A stretch of 64,000 nt of DNA, taken from IMG/VR virus record IMGVR_UViG_3300036985_007703, positions 104,533 through 168,532 of that record; one strand, written 5' to 3'. The notes under the pieces were generated by a model that was given only the letters and a program-made list of their open reading frames with translations, was not told the DNA's origin and ran no database searches. Each line of letters begins with the position of its first letter. The stretch's first letter is position 1. The translations under genes and the position numbers were made by a program. This document shows positions 9,003-18,668 of this stretch, one piece after another. This stretch comes from a virus.

Positions 9003-9929
9003 TTAGAACTTCCGACGCGGCGCAAACGGCGCGATGCGCCTGGTGAAGGCCTCCGCCGCCCCGCCCAGATCACTTATACCGAGGGAATCCGCCTCCGGCA
9101 ACGAATGGCCCGTCCAACGCCCCGTTTCTACATAGCGCACGTAGGCCTTCAGCAGCTTCGGGATGGCCTTCCCCAGGGCCTCCAGCGCGGGGCGCCAGTG
9201 GGCCTTGCCCTCGCCCCCGCCCAGCCCGAACTCGGCCCGCAGGACGGCCCACGCCACGTCCTGGTGCACCTCGGCCCCCACGCCCTCGCCCGGCGGCGCC
9301 ACCTGCGCGTTGATCACCCCCATCGCGCGCAAGCTCGACTCGATGAGGTCGGCCTCGCGCCGGCGCTCCGCCACGAAGTACGCCACCTCGTCGGGGCGCG
9401 CGGCCCGCGCCACGAGCGTCGCATCCTGGGGGTCCGGCCGGATCGGCAGCCAGTCCGGCGGCCACGGGCTGTACCGCGCCAGCACCTCGACGAAGGGCCG
9501 CGCGCCGGGCCGCGGCACCACGAACAGCAGCGTGGTCCCCACCTGCTGCTCCGTGAGCCCCTCGGGCTGCCCCTCGAAGTACACCGCGACGCCCTCCCCC
9601 GCGTCGACGCCCTCCAGCAGGGCGATCTGGAGCTGCTCCGCATAGGGGATCGTCCCGAGGCTCGGCGCACGGGCGCGCACCTCCTCGCGCAGCACGTCGG
9701 CCAGCGCCAGCAGGAACAGCTCGCGCCCCTTCGCCATGCGCTTGGGGTAGAGCGTGAAGAACCGCTTGATGTCCCGCCCCGTCTGGGGGGCCCACCCGAA
9801 GACCGGCACCGGCGAGGCCTGCGCGCGCGGGGCGTTCCCCGCCTTGGTCCCCGCCGGGGGGCGGACGCGCTTCAGGGGGACGTTGCGCCCCTTGAACCGC
9901 TGTCCCGTGCCCGTGAACGCCTTGCCCAC
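9003..9929 (-). CDS. Hypothetical virion morphogenesis protein
   Basis: Long ORF in structural operon. Confidence 0.6.
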   Translation of the reverse strand: MGKAFTGTGQRFKGRNVPLKRVRPPAGTKAGNAPRAQASPVPVFGWAPQTGRDIKRFFTLYPKRMAKGRELFLLALADVLREEVRARAPSLGTIPYAEQLQIALLEGVDAGEGVAVYFEGQPEGLTEQQVGTTLLFVVPRPGARPFVEVLARYSPWPPDWLPIRPDPQDATLVARAARPDEVAYFVAERRREADLIESSLRAMGVINAQVAPPGEGVGAEVHQDVAWAVLRAEFGLGGGEGKAHWRPALEALGKAIPKLLKAYVRYVETGRWTGHSLPEADSLGISDLGGAAEAFTRRIAPFAPRRKF

Positions 9930-9930
9930 G

Positions 9931-10623
9931 CTAGGCGCCCTGGGCCTGCCCCTGGGGCTTGCGCTTGGTGGGCACCTGGGCCTGCGCCTTCAGCGCCCGC
10001 CGCGTCTCGTGCCCCTTCTTTGCCGCCGCGCTGCGCTTGGCCGCCACCTGCTGCACCGCCAAGGCCTTGGCCGCCTTCTTCTGCGTGCGCTGCGCGCTGA
10101 TCAGCTTCGCCGCCATCGTGACGCGGCCCTCGCGCTGCTTCTCGGCCGGCTTCAACCGCTCCATCCCCATACGCCGCGAGGCGCCCTTGAGGTGCTGGCG
10201 GATGCCCTCCATCATGCTCTGGCGCTTGGTGCGCTTGGGCCGGAAGCCGTAGTGGCGCTTCACCTGGTTCTTCCAGAAGCGCATGGCCTGCTCGTAGTTC
10301 GGCTTGCCCTTGGCCACGATCCGCCCCTCGGTCGCCATGCGCGCCACCGCGCTCCACCAGAAGGCCGCGGAGTCTGGGAACGGGATCTGCGCGGGGTCGA
10401 TCAGGTACCACGGCGGCTGCAGGTAGCGCCCGTACTTGGCCTTGGCCTGCTCCATCGTCAGCTTCTCGGGCCGCGGGTTGCGCGTCGGCATGCGGGGCTG
10501 GATCGCGCGCTCCTCCAGCAGGGCCGCAAGGCGCCCCGCCAGCCCCTCGTTGCGTACGCGCATACGCAGGGGAGAGCCCGTGATCGCCCGCAGGGCCCCC
10601 GCGAGTTGCCCCGCCGTCCTCAC
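9931..10623 (-). CDS. Basic protein, possible DNA-binding internal core protein
   Basis: GTGA-coupled start, LAALLEE motif, Lys/Arg-rich C-terminus. Confidence 0.5.
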   Translation of the reverse strand: MRTAGQLAGALRAITGSPLRMRVRNEGLAGRLAALLEERAIQPRMPTRNPRPEKLTMEQAKAKYGRYLQPPWYLIDPAQIPFPDSAAFWWSAVARMATEGRIVAKGKPNYEQAMRFWKNQVKRHYGFRPKRTKRQSMMEGIRQHLKGASRRMGMERLKPAEKQREGRVTMAAKLISAQRTQKKAAKALAVQQVAAKRSAAAKKGHETRRALKAQAQVPTKRKPQGQAQGA

Positions 10624-10994
10624 AACTGCACCGCCGGCATCGGCACGTGCGCGAGGGCCGGGCGGCCGTCCGCCATCCCCTTGGGCACGTACTGGTGCAC
10701 GAGGGGCTCGTGCCCCGCGCAGACCCCGATGAGGCCGGGCTGGCCCGCCACGCGGATCCCCGCATGCGAGGCCGCCCCGCACAGGAAGCAGTAGCCCGCG
10801 AGGTGCCCGAGGAGCGGCCCCTTATACCAGGGGTAGGTGCCCCCGCCCCAGGGCCCGCAGCAGGCCTCCCCGCGCGCCGTGGCCTCGCAGTAGGGGAGGC
10901 CGCGCTCGCGCCCCCACCAGTAGCGGTCGCACATCGCGCACGCCCAGACGACGCCCTCCCGGAGCGCCGCCCCCACGTCCCGCGCCGCGCTCAC
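10620..10994 (-). CDS. Cys-rich (Zn-binding) hypothetical protein
   Basis: CAMC, CFLC, CxxH motifs; GTGA coupling. Confidence 0.55.
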   Translation of the reverse strand: MSAARDVGAALREGVVWACAMCDRYWWGRERGLPYCEATARGEACCGPWGGGTYPWYKGPLLGHLAGYCFLCGAASHAGIRVAGQPGLIGVCAGHEPLVHQYVPKGMADGRPALAHVPMPAVQL

Positions 10995-11293
10995 GCGAAC
11001 CTCGCGCTCACGCGGAACCGCGTGGTGTCCCCGTGCCCCCGCCAGCCCGCCATCTCCACGTAGGCCTGCACGCGGTAGTCCCCGGCCTGATCCCAGTCCC
11101 CCGCCTGCACGAAGTAGGCGATGCTCGTGGTGCCCTCCAGGGCCCCCACCCACGTCACCAGCGTGCCGTCCGGCTTCTGCACGTGCAGCTCGCGCGTGGT
11201 CGCCGCCGTGATGTCCACGCAGGCGTCCACGACGATCTTCGTGCCGATGTCGCCGACGTAATACTTCGAGATGCCATCGCAACAGTCAGCCAT
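10991..11293 (-). CDS. BppU-N-like Ig-fold virion protein
   Basis: GDIGT, QKPDGT, GDWDQAGDYRVQAYV pattern. Confidence 0.6.
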   Translation of the reverse strand: MADCCDGISKYYVGDIGTKIVVDACVDITAATTRELHVQKPDGTLVTWVGALEGTTSIAYFVQAGDWDQAGDYRVQAYVEMAGWRGHGDTTRFRVSARFA

Positions 11294-11474
11294 CGGCCGG
11301 ATCCTCCTCTAGCCCGAGCTTCGAGCACATCGCCAGCGTGCGCGCCACGCACCCCACCAGCGCCAGCCCCGGCGCCGCGGGCCCCCGCAGCGCCACCAGC
11401 GTAGCGCAGGGCGAGCACGCGGCCAAGGTTTGCGCCACGCACGAGGTCAGGCACAGGCGGTCCTCGTCAGCCAT
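11286..11474 (-). CDS. Hypothetical protein
   Basis: Small coupled ORF. Confidence 0.4.
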   Translation of the reverse strand: MADEDRLCLTSCVAQTLAACSPCATLVALRGPAAPGLALVGCVARTLAMCSKLGLEEDPADG

Positions 11475-11475
11475 C

Positions 11476-11640
11476 CTAGCAGTCCTCCGTCCGCTTGGGC
11501 GCGCTGATCAGGCCCAAGCGCAGCGCGATCCGCGAGCACAGGCGCACGATCTCCCGCAGGTGCCCCACCCAGGCCCCCGCGTAGCCCTGCGTCGCCATCA
11601 AGCTCTTGGGCCCGAGCCCGCGCGTCACGATGCGGTTCAC
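11476..11640 (-). CDS. Hypothetical protein
   Basis: GTG start coupled to upstream stop (MNRIVTRGLG). Confidence 0.45.
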   Translation of the reverse strand: MNRIVTRGLGPKSLMATQGYAGAWVGHLREIVRLCSRIALRLGLISAPKRTEDC

Positions 11641-12110
11641 GCGGGCACCCGCTCGAAGACGTTCTCCATCGTGGGGAGCCCCGCCTGGTCCTTCAAATCG
11701 AACGTCAAGATCGGCGTGGTGTCGTCCGCCCCGTAGAAGATCATCTGGTCGCCGATGATGCGCCAGCGCCCCGTCTCCACCTGCCGCACGAGCGCGAGGT
11801 CCGCCTGGAGCGCGAGGTCGTGCACCGTCACGTCCTCGACCACCACGCACAGCACGCCATTGGCGTCGACGAGCTGGTACTCCGCCACGTACTGCTCCAC
11901 GGGGAGCGCCGGGGGGAGCCACACGAGGCGCCACGTGCTCGATGCCCCCACCTGCGCGAGGTCCGTCAGGGGGAGGTCCTCGACCTCGCCGCCCCCCGCC
12001 ACGTGGTATACGCGCACCGCGGCCCCCGCCACGTCGAGCTTGGGCGTCCCGTCCAGGTCCACCGCGAGCACCTGGAGCACCACCTGCGCCGGGTTCGGCC
12101 GTAGCAGCAT
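11637..12110 (-). CDS. Hypothetical virion protein
   Basis: GGAGG RBS, beta-rich, GRWRI...QMIFY..D.TT. Confidence 0.6.
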   Translation of the reverse strand: MLLRPNPAQVVLQVLAVDLDGTPKLDVAGAAVRVYHVAGGGEVEDLPLTDLAQVGASSTWRLVWLPPALPVEQYVAEYQLVDANGVLCVVVEDVTVHDLALQADLALVRQVETGRWRIIGDQMIFYGADDTTPILTFDLKDQAGLPTMENVFERVPA

Positions 12111-12119
12111 CCCGCCTCC

Positions 12120-12602
12120 TCAGCGCGTCAGCGCCAGCCCCGTGACGATCGCCCCGAGCACCACGGCGGCCCCCGCCGCGACGCCCGCAAGGATGCCCAT
12201 GCGCTTGGCCCGCGCGCGCTCCGCCTCCGTCTTCCCCAGCGCCTCGCGCGCCCGCTCCTCCGCCAGCGCCTCGCGCGCGAGGGCCGCGTCCGTGGCGCCC
12301 TTCTGCACCTCTGCCTGCGCCTCGTTCAGCGCGGTCCGCGCCACCTGCGTGGCGTACAACGTCTCCGCACGGGCCGCCCAGTCGAGCAAGGCGCGGTAGT
12401 CGAGCACGATGTGCCCGAGGTCCCGCCACTCATCGAGCGTGAAGCACTTCTGGTCCGCGCTACCGATGTGGCAGATCGCCCCCGGCGGGAGCGCGCGCTC
12501 CACCATCGGCCGCGGGGGCAGCTCCTCCGCCCACGCCGGCATGCTCACGGCCATACAGCACAGCATCCACAGCCCCAAGGCTCGTCGCGCCATCAATCGC
12601 AT
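12120..12602 (-). CDS. Exported coiled-coil protein with C-terminal TM helix (spanin-like)
   Basis: Signal peptide ending AWA, coiled coil, hydrophobic C-terminus, GGAGG RBS. Confidence 0.5.
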   Translation of the reverse strand: MRLMARRALGLWMLCCMAVSMPAWAEELPPRPMVERALPPGAICHIGSADQKCFTLDEWRDLGHIVLDYRALLDWAARAETLYATQVARTALNEAQAEVQKGATDAALAREALAEERAREALGKTEAERARAKRMGILAGVAAGAAVVLGAIVTGLALTR

Positions 12603-12864
12603 CGTGTCCTCCCTGCGTGTCCGCCGCCACCGCCGCGCCCCCCGCCCGCGTCGCCGCGTCCGCGGCGTCCAGCGCCCCCTCCGCGACCTTGATCGGCCCC
12701 AGGGCCGGCGTGGGGTCGGGTAGGGGCCCCGGCGCGGGCTGAGGTGCCACGGGCACCTTGGTGCGCCGCACGCGCACCGCGATCAGGATGCCCATCACCA
12801 GCCCCATGACTGCCGAGGTGAGCACCTGCCAGTGGTCCTTCGCCCAATCCCATACCGCGCTCAT
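12460..12864 (-). CDS. N-terminally anchored membrane protein (i-spanin-like)
   Basis: TM segment then Pro-rich linker; overlaps the next gene out of frame. Confidence 0.45.
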   Translation of the reverse strand: MSAVWDWAKDHWQVLTSAVMGLVMGILIAVRVRRTKVPVAPQPAPGPLPDPTPALGPIKVAEGALDAADAATRAGGAAVAADTQGGHDAIDGATSLGAVDAVLYGREHAGVGGGAAPAADGGARAPAGGDLPHR

Positions 12865-13223
12865 GCGTGTCTCTTTCTGGGGGGGATCGGCCCGGTCTGC
12901 CCCACGTTCCCCCGCCTGCGTAGCAGCCACCAGATCGCGAGCCCCCCGAGGGTGTTGGCGATCATGTCGCGCCAGCTCGCCCCGTACCGGAAGCACCCGT
13001 CCCAGAGGACCTCCCAGAGCCCCATCATCGCGGCCCACGCCACGAGAGGCCCCCACCACTTGCCAAGCCAGCGGCTCAGCAGCCAACCGAGGAAGAACAC
13101 GATGAGGAAGTGCATCAGCTTGTCGGGCAGCGCCACGTTCCACGCCTCTGGGAGCCCCAGCTCGTCGAGCCGCAGCATCTCCCACCAATAGTCCTCCCCC
13201 TCCCAGCGAAATTGCATCGTCAC
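12861..13223 (-). CDS. VanZ-like membrane protein
   Basis: DKLMHF ... E ... ASWRDMIANTLGG signature. Confidence 0.7.
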   Translation of the reverse strand: MTMQFRWEGEDYWWEMLRLDELGLPEAWNVALPDKLMHFLIVFFLGWLLSRWLGKWWGPLVAWAAMMGLWEVLWDGCFRYGASWRDMIANTLGGLAIWWLLRRRGNVGQTGPIPPRKRHA

Positions 13224-13726
13224 GCCTCCTTGCCCATCGCCTCAAAGTCCGCCCCGTGCGCGCGACAGAAATCCCGGATGTCCTCGGGAGTCGTCAGCTC
13301 GGGCGGCAACTCCCCCTCCACCGCCACCCCGGCCGCCCGCAGGAAGATCGCGATCAGCTCGGAGCACTTCACCGACGAGGTCTGCCACCGGATCCGCGTC
13401 ACCTTCACGCGGAACCACTCCTTGAGCATGAGCGCCCACGCGATCACGAGGAGGCCCTCGTAGTCGTAGCGCGCCCCCATCTCGTCGGAGATCGCCGCGA
13501 GCCCCGCCCGCGCCCCAAACTTGCACCGATACTCCGCCACGACGTGGTGCCGCGCCCGGATCGACGGCACCATGCGCACGCCCCCGATGCGCGCCTCCGC
13601 CACCATGCGGCGCCCCCACACCGGGAACTCGATCATGCAGTGCGAGACCGGGCTACGGGTGATCCACCGGATCACCGCACCCAGCGGCGTCTTGGAGGCA
13701 GTCAGCACGATGCGCACGTCGTCCAT
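13220..13726 (-). CDS. Permuted papain-like NlpC/P60 amidase (YiiX/YebB-like)
   Basis: IRWITRSPVSH, G.RYDY, CSELIA, TPED. Confidence 0.8.
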   Translation of the reverse strand: MDDVRIVLTASKTPLGAVIRWITRSPVSHCMIEFPVWGRRMVAEARIGGVRMVPSIRARHHVVAEYRCKFGARAGLAAISDEMGARYDYEGLLVIAWALMLKEWFRVKVTRIRWQTSSVKCSELIAIFLRAAGVAVEGELPPELTTPEDIRDFCRAHGADFEAMGKEA

Positions 13727-13734
13727 GCCACTCC

Positions 13735-14682
13735 CTAGTTAAGCGCGTTGGCCCGCGCCCGGTAGAGCGTCGCCGCCACCTGGATCAGCTTCGCGCTTGT
13801 GTTGTGCAACGTCACCTTGAACCGCCAGTGCGCGAGCACGCGGATCGGCTTCACGGCGGGCACGATCAGGGGGTAGTGGTCCGTTCCGAGCAGCGGCAAC
13901 TTGGTGACGAACTCGTTGAGGGCCACATCCGCATCGAAGAGGTGATACCCCCCCGTGCCCGCCGCGTTGAGCGTCACGGCCTCGGTCACGGGATCCCAGT
14001 CAAAGTAGCCGTGCCCCCCCGGCGCGGGCACCGGCCGCACCTTAGTGAACGCCACGTTCGCGTTCTCCTTGGCGGTCAAATCGAGGTCCCAGTTGCCCGT
14101 CCCTGGGGTCGCCGGGACGAACACATGCGCCCCGCCCCCCACCGCCACCTTGTTGTAATTGCCCGCCCCCAGATGCTCCGTCCCCGCCGTTGCAGGGCAG
14201 TACACCGTGAGCGAAACATGATCGCCGAGCGCGAACCCCGTGTGGCCGAGGTGCCCGCCCGCGAGGTACGACCACTGCACGAACTGGAACTCCTGCACGT
14301 CGGCCCCCTGGGCGTCCGCCTCGAACGCCAACAGCTCCGTGCCGATGGTCCCTGCCGCCACGTCATCGCTGGCCCCGCAGAAGTTCGTCAGCACGCCGAG
14401 CGGGAAGAGGTTGGGCGCCGTGTACTTGCGCCCGTCCACGTCCTGGGGCTCCACGAGCGCCGCCAACGGCACCCCGCTGTGCGCCGCCACCAACGCGGCC
14501 AGCACGCCGACTTCCCCCTCGCTGAGCGTCGCCTTGAACCACAGATCGCAGGCATCTCCCGCGGTGTCGATCCGCGCTAACGCCACCGTGATCGCGCTGG
14601 TCCCCACCTCTTGGGCAAGCCGATCGGGCGCCACGCAGTGATTAAGGAAATCGCCTGAAATAGAAAACTCGTACTTCTGCAT
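13735..14682 (-). CDS. Hypothetical virion structural protein
   Basis: Long beta/Gly-rich ORF in fibre cluster. Confidence 0.6.
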   Translation of the reverse strand: MQKYEFSISGDFLNHCVAPDRLAQEVGTSAITVALARIDTAGDACDLWFKATLSEGEVGVLAALVAAHSGVPLAALVEPQDVDGRKYTAPNLFPLGVLTNFCGASDDVAAGTIGTELLAFEADAQGADVQEFQFVQWSYLAGGHLGHTGFALGDHVSLTVYCPATAGTEHLGAGNYNKVAVGGGAHVFVPATPGTGNWDLDLTAKENANVAFTKVRPVPAPGGHGYFDWDPVTEAVTLNAAGTGGYHLFDADVALNEFVTKLPLLGTDHYPLIVPAVKPIRVLAHWRFKVTLHNTSAKLIQVAATLYRARANALN

Positions 14683-14713
14683 GAATACGCTCCCTCTGCC
14701 CCACCGGAACCGA

Positions 14714-15346
14714 TCAGATCTTGCGATCTTCCACCAACAGCGACCCGTGATAGATCGCTGGATTCGTCACCGCCGAGATGCGCGCCGTCCCGCCCGTGGT
14801 CTTCCACTGGATCTTCACCGTGTGCGAAGCCGCCGTCGCACTACGCCGCAACACAATCGACCCCGACTGGAGCTGTCCCGTTGTGACACGCATCTGGATG
14901 CCCCGCTGCACCGCCCCATCAATCAACACCTGGAAGGCGATGTCCTGGAGCGCCGAGGCATCCGCACCTACCGAGAACCAGATGTGCAGGTATCCCGCTG
15001 TCGCCACCGTCAACGTCACGCTGAGCGCCGTCAAATCTACGAACGACGTGGAAGTCGTCGTGACATCCGTCGTTACCTCGGCGAACCCCACCTGCCGGAT
15101 CTCCGGCGCCGCGAGGTGGGCGTCGATCTGGGCGTGCGTGTTCGTCCCCCGATCGGCGATGTTCAGATGCGAGAGCTGATCCGATGCCCCCTGGGAGTGG
15201 CTCGCCGCATGCGCCGTCGCCAGCGTCTCCTCGGTCCCGTCGTCCTTCTTCGAGTACCAGACGCCATCCAGCTTGGGATAGAGCTTCTGGAACCCCGTCG
15301 AAGGCGTGGCGTGCGTGTCGCTCTTGCTGATATTCAACTCACCCAT
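14714..15346 (-). CDS. Fibre-like protein with C-terminal beta-sandwich
   Basis: GTNTHAQIDAHL, TTTSTSFVDL, HTVKIQWK; AGGAGG RBS. Confidence 0.6.
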   Translation of the reverse strand: MGELNISKSDTHATPSTGFQKLYPKLDGVWYSKKDDGTEETLATAHAASHSQGASDQLSHLNIADRGTNTHAQIDAHLAAPEIRQVGFAEVTTDVTTTSTSFVDLTALSVTLTVATAGYLHIWFSVGADASALQDIAFQVLIDGAVQRGIQMRVTTGQLQSGSIVLRRSATAASHTVKIQWKTTGGTARISAVTNPAIYHGSLLVEDRKI

Positions 15347-15357
15347 CGTGCCGCCTC

Positions 15358-15738
15358 CTACAGGATGAACACGCGCCCCTCGACGCGTAGTTCCCCCTCC
15401 AACGTCAACTGATCCGCGATGATGAACTGATACGGAATCCGCACCCACGCCACTTCATCCGCATAGACCCACTCGCGCATGTAGGCGAGCCCCGTCCCCC
15501 CGTGCGCCAGCTCCTTGAGCGTCATGGGCTCGGGCACCGCCACGTCCTGGAACGTCAGGTTGTCGTCCGCATCCCGCGTGACGAGCACCTGGGCATCGTT
15601 CGAGATGTCGCTCTGGATCGCCACGCCCCGGCAATCGAGGAAGTCCTCGTGCACGTCGATCTCGGACGGCGACAGATCCGTCTCTGTCCCCCCGTGGGTC
15701 GGATCCTCCCACTTCAGCGCCTGTGTACGATCTACCAT
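15358..15738 (-). CDS. Hypothetical virion protein
   Basis: ORF, C-terminal LTLEGELRVEG. Confidence 0.55.
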   Translation of the reverse strand: MVDRTQALKWEDPTHGGTETDLSPSEIDVHEDFLDCRGVAIQSDISNDAQVLVTRDADDNLTFQDVAVPEPMTLKELAHGGTGLAYMREWVYADEVAWVRIPYQFIIADQLTLEGELRVEGRVFIL

Positions 15739-15777
15739 AGGCCCAGCCTATCACCGGGCGGGGATCAACTCCAAGGT

Positions 15778-16662
15778 TCAGGCGAGGGATGATGTCGACT
15801 CATCCGCGATGTGCTGGTGCGTGCGACGGTTGATGACGTTATAAATAGTCACCGTCGTCACCCCAAAGATTTGCGCCAACTCGACCACGGAATGGGAATC
15901 GCAAAGTCTAGCTTTTCGGATAAACAGAACATCCCCGTCATCAAAAATTGAATTTCTCGCTCTAAATTTAACGACCATGTCCCGTGCATTGTCCACGTGC
16001 GTTCCCAAAAACAGATGTTCTGGGTTCACACACGCCGGATTGTCACACCGATGCAGGACGTTCTGTCCCTCTAGGATCGCCCCGTGATGGATCTCCCAAG
16101 ACACACGGTGTGCCATCACCTTCTCCTTGTGCGCCACATCGTAGATCCGCCCATACGTCACCCCCTCCACCGCCCCCTTCCATAGCCAACACCCATCCGT
16201 CTTCTCCACATACTTCCAAAACCGCTCCTCTATCGGCACCGGCACCGGGCCATTACGCGACCCCATCCTAATCTTGGATGCCTGTGTCTTCTGAATACGC
16301 TCCTCAGACTGCCTAACCCCCGTGTTCCAGTGCCGATCCCCACTGTAGGTCCGATGCTCCTCGTAGATCCCCTGACGCCGCAACTGCGACACAATGCGCC
16401 GCTGTGTGGTCCCAAAGTGCTCCGCCAACAATTGCGGAGATCCCCCCGCTTGATACACTGCCGCCAACTCCTTGGCATCCACCTCCTGCTCACGCGCAAC
16501 AAGCAACTGTGCCTCCCCTCGTGACCGCACTGGGATCCCCACCTTGGCCAACCGAGCCCGTATTGTGTTTGGCTTCAACCCCACCTCGTTGGCAATCTCC
16601 ACCGAGGTCTTCTTTTCCACCACATACCGCATCCACAAAAACTCACGCGTCAACTCCAGCAT
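15778..16662 (-). CDS. Free-standing HNH homing endonuclease with N- and C-terminal HTH domains
   Basis: RFWKYV..TDGCWLW.G, AHRVSW, VLHRCDNPACVNPEHL.LGT..DN; visibly lower GC. Confidence 0.92.
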   Translation of the reverse strand: MLELTREFLWMRYVVEKKTSVEIANEVGLKPNTIRARLAKVGIPVRSRGEAQLLVAREQEVDAKELAAVYQAGGSPQLLAEHFGTTQRRIVSQLRRQGIYEEHRTYSGDRHWNTGVRQSEERIQKTQASKIRMGSRNGPVPVPIEERFWKYVEKTDGCWLWKGAVEGVTYGRIYDVAHKEKVMAHRVSWEIHHGAILEGQNVLHRCDNPACVNPEHLFLGTHVDNARDMVVKFRARNSIFDDGDVLFIRKARLCDSHSVVELAQIFGVTTVTIYNVINRRTHQHIADESTSSLA

Positions 16663-16736
16663 CGCTTCCTCCTTGGGTTCGTTGCCGGATCCGCCGTATC
16701 AATTTTTGTGTGTAAAGTAAAGGCTGGATTTAAACC

Positions 16737-18134
16737 TTACGCCAATTTTCGCCCATAATCCGCGATGGCCACGTCGAGGTCCGTCGCGTTCTTGGCGTAG
16801 CCCACGCGGATGACCTGCCCCGGCTTGGGCACGTTCGCGTAGGTCACGAGGGCGCCCGTGGTGCCGAGGTAGTAGGGCTCGCCCACGGTCGCGCCGGTCA
16901 GGCAGCCCGTGCACACGCCGCTCTTCACGACCTCGGAGGTGCCGGGGTTCGCCGCGCCGCCCGTGCGGGCCACGCCGATCGCGCGCCCGTGCGGGGCCGT
17001 GTCGTTGTCGGCGACGGCGATCTCGTTATTGGTGCCCGCCCAGCGGACCACCTTGCCCGTCGCCACGACCTCGGTGTTGAGGTGCGTGTCCTCGACGCGC
17101 TTCGCCTCGTCGACCGCCGTCACGGAGTGCGTGTGCAAGGCATCCGCGTTCGAGCTGCTGCCCGCCGTGAGGGTGCCGAGGTTGGTCGCCGTCACGTTCG
17201 CCGACACCGCGCTGTCGTTGATCTTGAACAGCGAGGGGAGACCCACGACTCGGAGGCCATCGCCGTCCACGTCGAGGGTGTCCGGCGTGTCGTCGATCTT
17301 GACCGAGACACCCGCTGCGACCACTTGCAGGCCGCCCAACGGCGCCGCGAGCACCGACACGACCTTCGTCGGCGAGGTACCCGTAAGCTGGAGGCCCGGA
17401 TCGGTCCCGAGCGCCAAGCTGATCGCATCCGACGCAATCGCGATACCGTCACCCGCGCCCACGCCGATGAGGTTGCCGTCCTTGTAGAGGCCGGGCCCCG
17501 CGTTGATCTGGCCCGCACCGGAGAACTGGACCCACGTCGTGTTATTGTAGGTCCACGCGGTATCCGCCCACATCCCCGCATCGCCGTTGATGAGCGCGGC
17601 CCACCCGTCCGTGGGCACCTCGAACGACCATGTGTTCAACGTGGCATTATAGGTCGCGATCTGGTTGGCCTTCGCACTGAAGGACCCCGTGGCGCCCGAC
17701 GCCTTCACGATCACGCGCGTCCCGTTGGCGGGCTCGCCCGCCGTGTTCACCTGCACGATGGTCCACGCGGTGCCCGACCACTCCACGATGTCGCCATCGG
17801 TGTAACCCACGCCCCACGTGTTCACCACATAGCAGTCACCCTTTGTCGGCGTAGCTGGTGGGGCTCCAGATGGCGTGGGAACCGCATCGCTGACCATATT
17901 GAGGACGAGGGCAGGCGCCCGCCACGTGAGCCCGCTGACCGCGTTGTCGAGGTACTGCTTGGTCACCGCGTCCTGCGGATTGTCAGGATTCCCCAGACCC
18001 GTGATCTTGTGGGTGGCCATGGCGATGTTGCCGCCCATGGTGAGGCCGAACAGCGTCATGGTGTCGGAGAGGGTGTCCTGCTCCTCGTGGTAGCCGTAGG
18101 TCGGGTTGAAGAAGATGAATTTACGCTCGGTCAT
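16737..18134 (-). CDS. Head or tail fibre protein
   Basis: ITGLGNP..PQDAVTKQYLD, WVQFSGAG..AG.GL, C-terminal GLT.G..YYL module. Confidence 0.7.
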   Translation of the reverse strand: MTERKFIFFNPTYGYHEEQDTLSDTMTLFGLTMGGNIAMATHKITGLGNPDNPQDAVTKQYLDNAVSGLTWRAPALVLNMVSDAVPTPSGAPPATPTKGDCYVVNTWGVGYTDGDIVEWSGTAWTIVQVNTAGEPANGTRVIVKASGATGSFSAKANQIATYNATLNTWSFEVPTDGWAALINGDAGMWADTAWTYNNTTWVQFSGAGQINAGPGLYKDGNLIGVGAGDGIAIASDAISLALGTDPGLQLTGTSPTKVVSVLAAPLGGLQVVAAGVSVKIDDTPDTLDVDGDGLRVVGLPSLFKINDSAVSANVTATNLGTLTAGSSSNADALHTHSVTAVDEAKRVEDTHLNTEVVATGKVVRWAGTNNEIAVADNDTAPHGRAIGVARTGGAANPGTSEVVKSGVCTGCLTGATVGEPYYLGTTGALVTYANVPKPGQVIRVGYAKNATDLDVAIADYGRKLA

Positions 18135-18188
18135 CGTGATCCTCCTGGGTTGGCCCGTCGCACGCGGCGTGGGCCTCTAGCGCCGGCC

Positions 18189-18668
18189 TCAGCCGACGAG
18201 CGTGCCCTCTACCGTGATCATCACGCGCGCCGTCGCGGTGGTGTCCGCACTGGTCACCGTGCCGTGCAGCGTCGCGTTGCCCGCGATAGCCGGCATGACG
18301 CCGCTCACCGGCGCCAGGGGCAGGCTCTTGCCCGCCGCCGTGACGCCCGTCAGCGCCGTCGCCGCGAGGAGGTCCACCCCGCTGACCGTGGTGCCCACGG
18401 AGACCTCGGCATCGCCCGTCCCCGCGGTCAGGCCCGTGGCCACGATGCGGCTCGGCACGAACTTGCGCGTGCCCTCGCCCTTGAGGGTGAGCGTGAAGGC
18501 CCCGGTGCCGCCCGTGAGGACGCTGGCCGCGACGGCCGCGACCTCGATGGCCATCTTGCCGCCCACGCTGGGGACCTCGAACAGCAGCTTCTCCGCCGCC
18601 GCCGTGGGGTCCGCGTCGTCGCTGAAGTGGTGCGTCGGGTTGAAGAAATTAAACTGCTTGTCTGGCAT
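18189..18668 (-). CDS. Putative virion decoration protein
   Basis: Ala/Thr/Gly-rich beta protein sharing N-terminal FxFFNPT with the fibre. Confidence 0.55.
   Translation of the reverse strand: MPDKQFNFFNPTHHFSDDADPTAAAEKLLFEVPSVGGKMAIEVAAVAASVLTGGTGAFTLTLKGEGTRKFVPSRIVATGLTAGTGDAEVSVGTTVSGVDLLAATALTGVTAAGKSLPLAPVSGVMPAIAGNATLHGTVTSADTTATARVMITVEGTLVG

Noticed and set aside
15778-16662. Group I intron around the HNH
   Set aside because: Flanking genes look complete and the non-coding flanks are too short for a ribozyme core
13735-18134. Diversity-generating retroelement or invertible fibre cassette
   Set aside because: No reverse transcriptase, invertase or TR/VR repeat pair noticed
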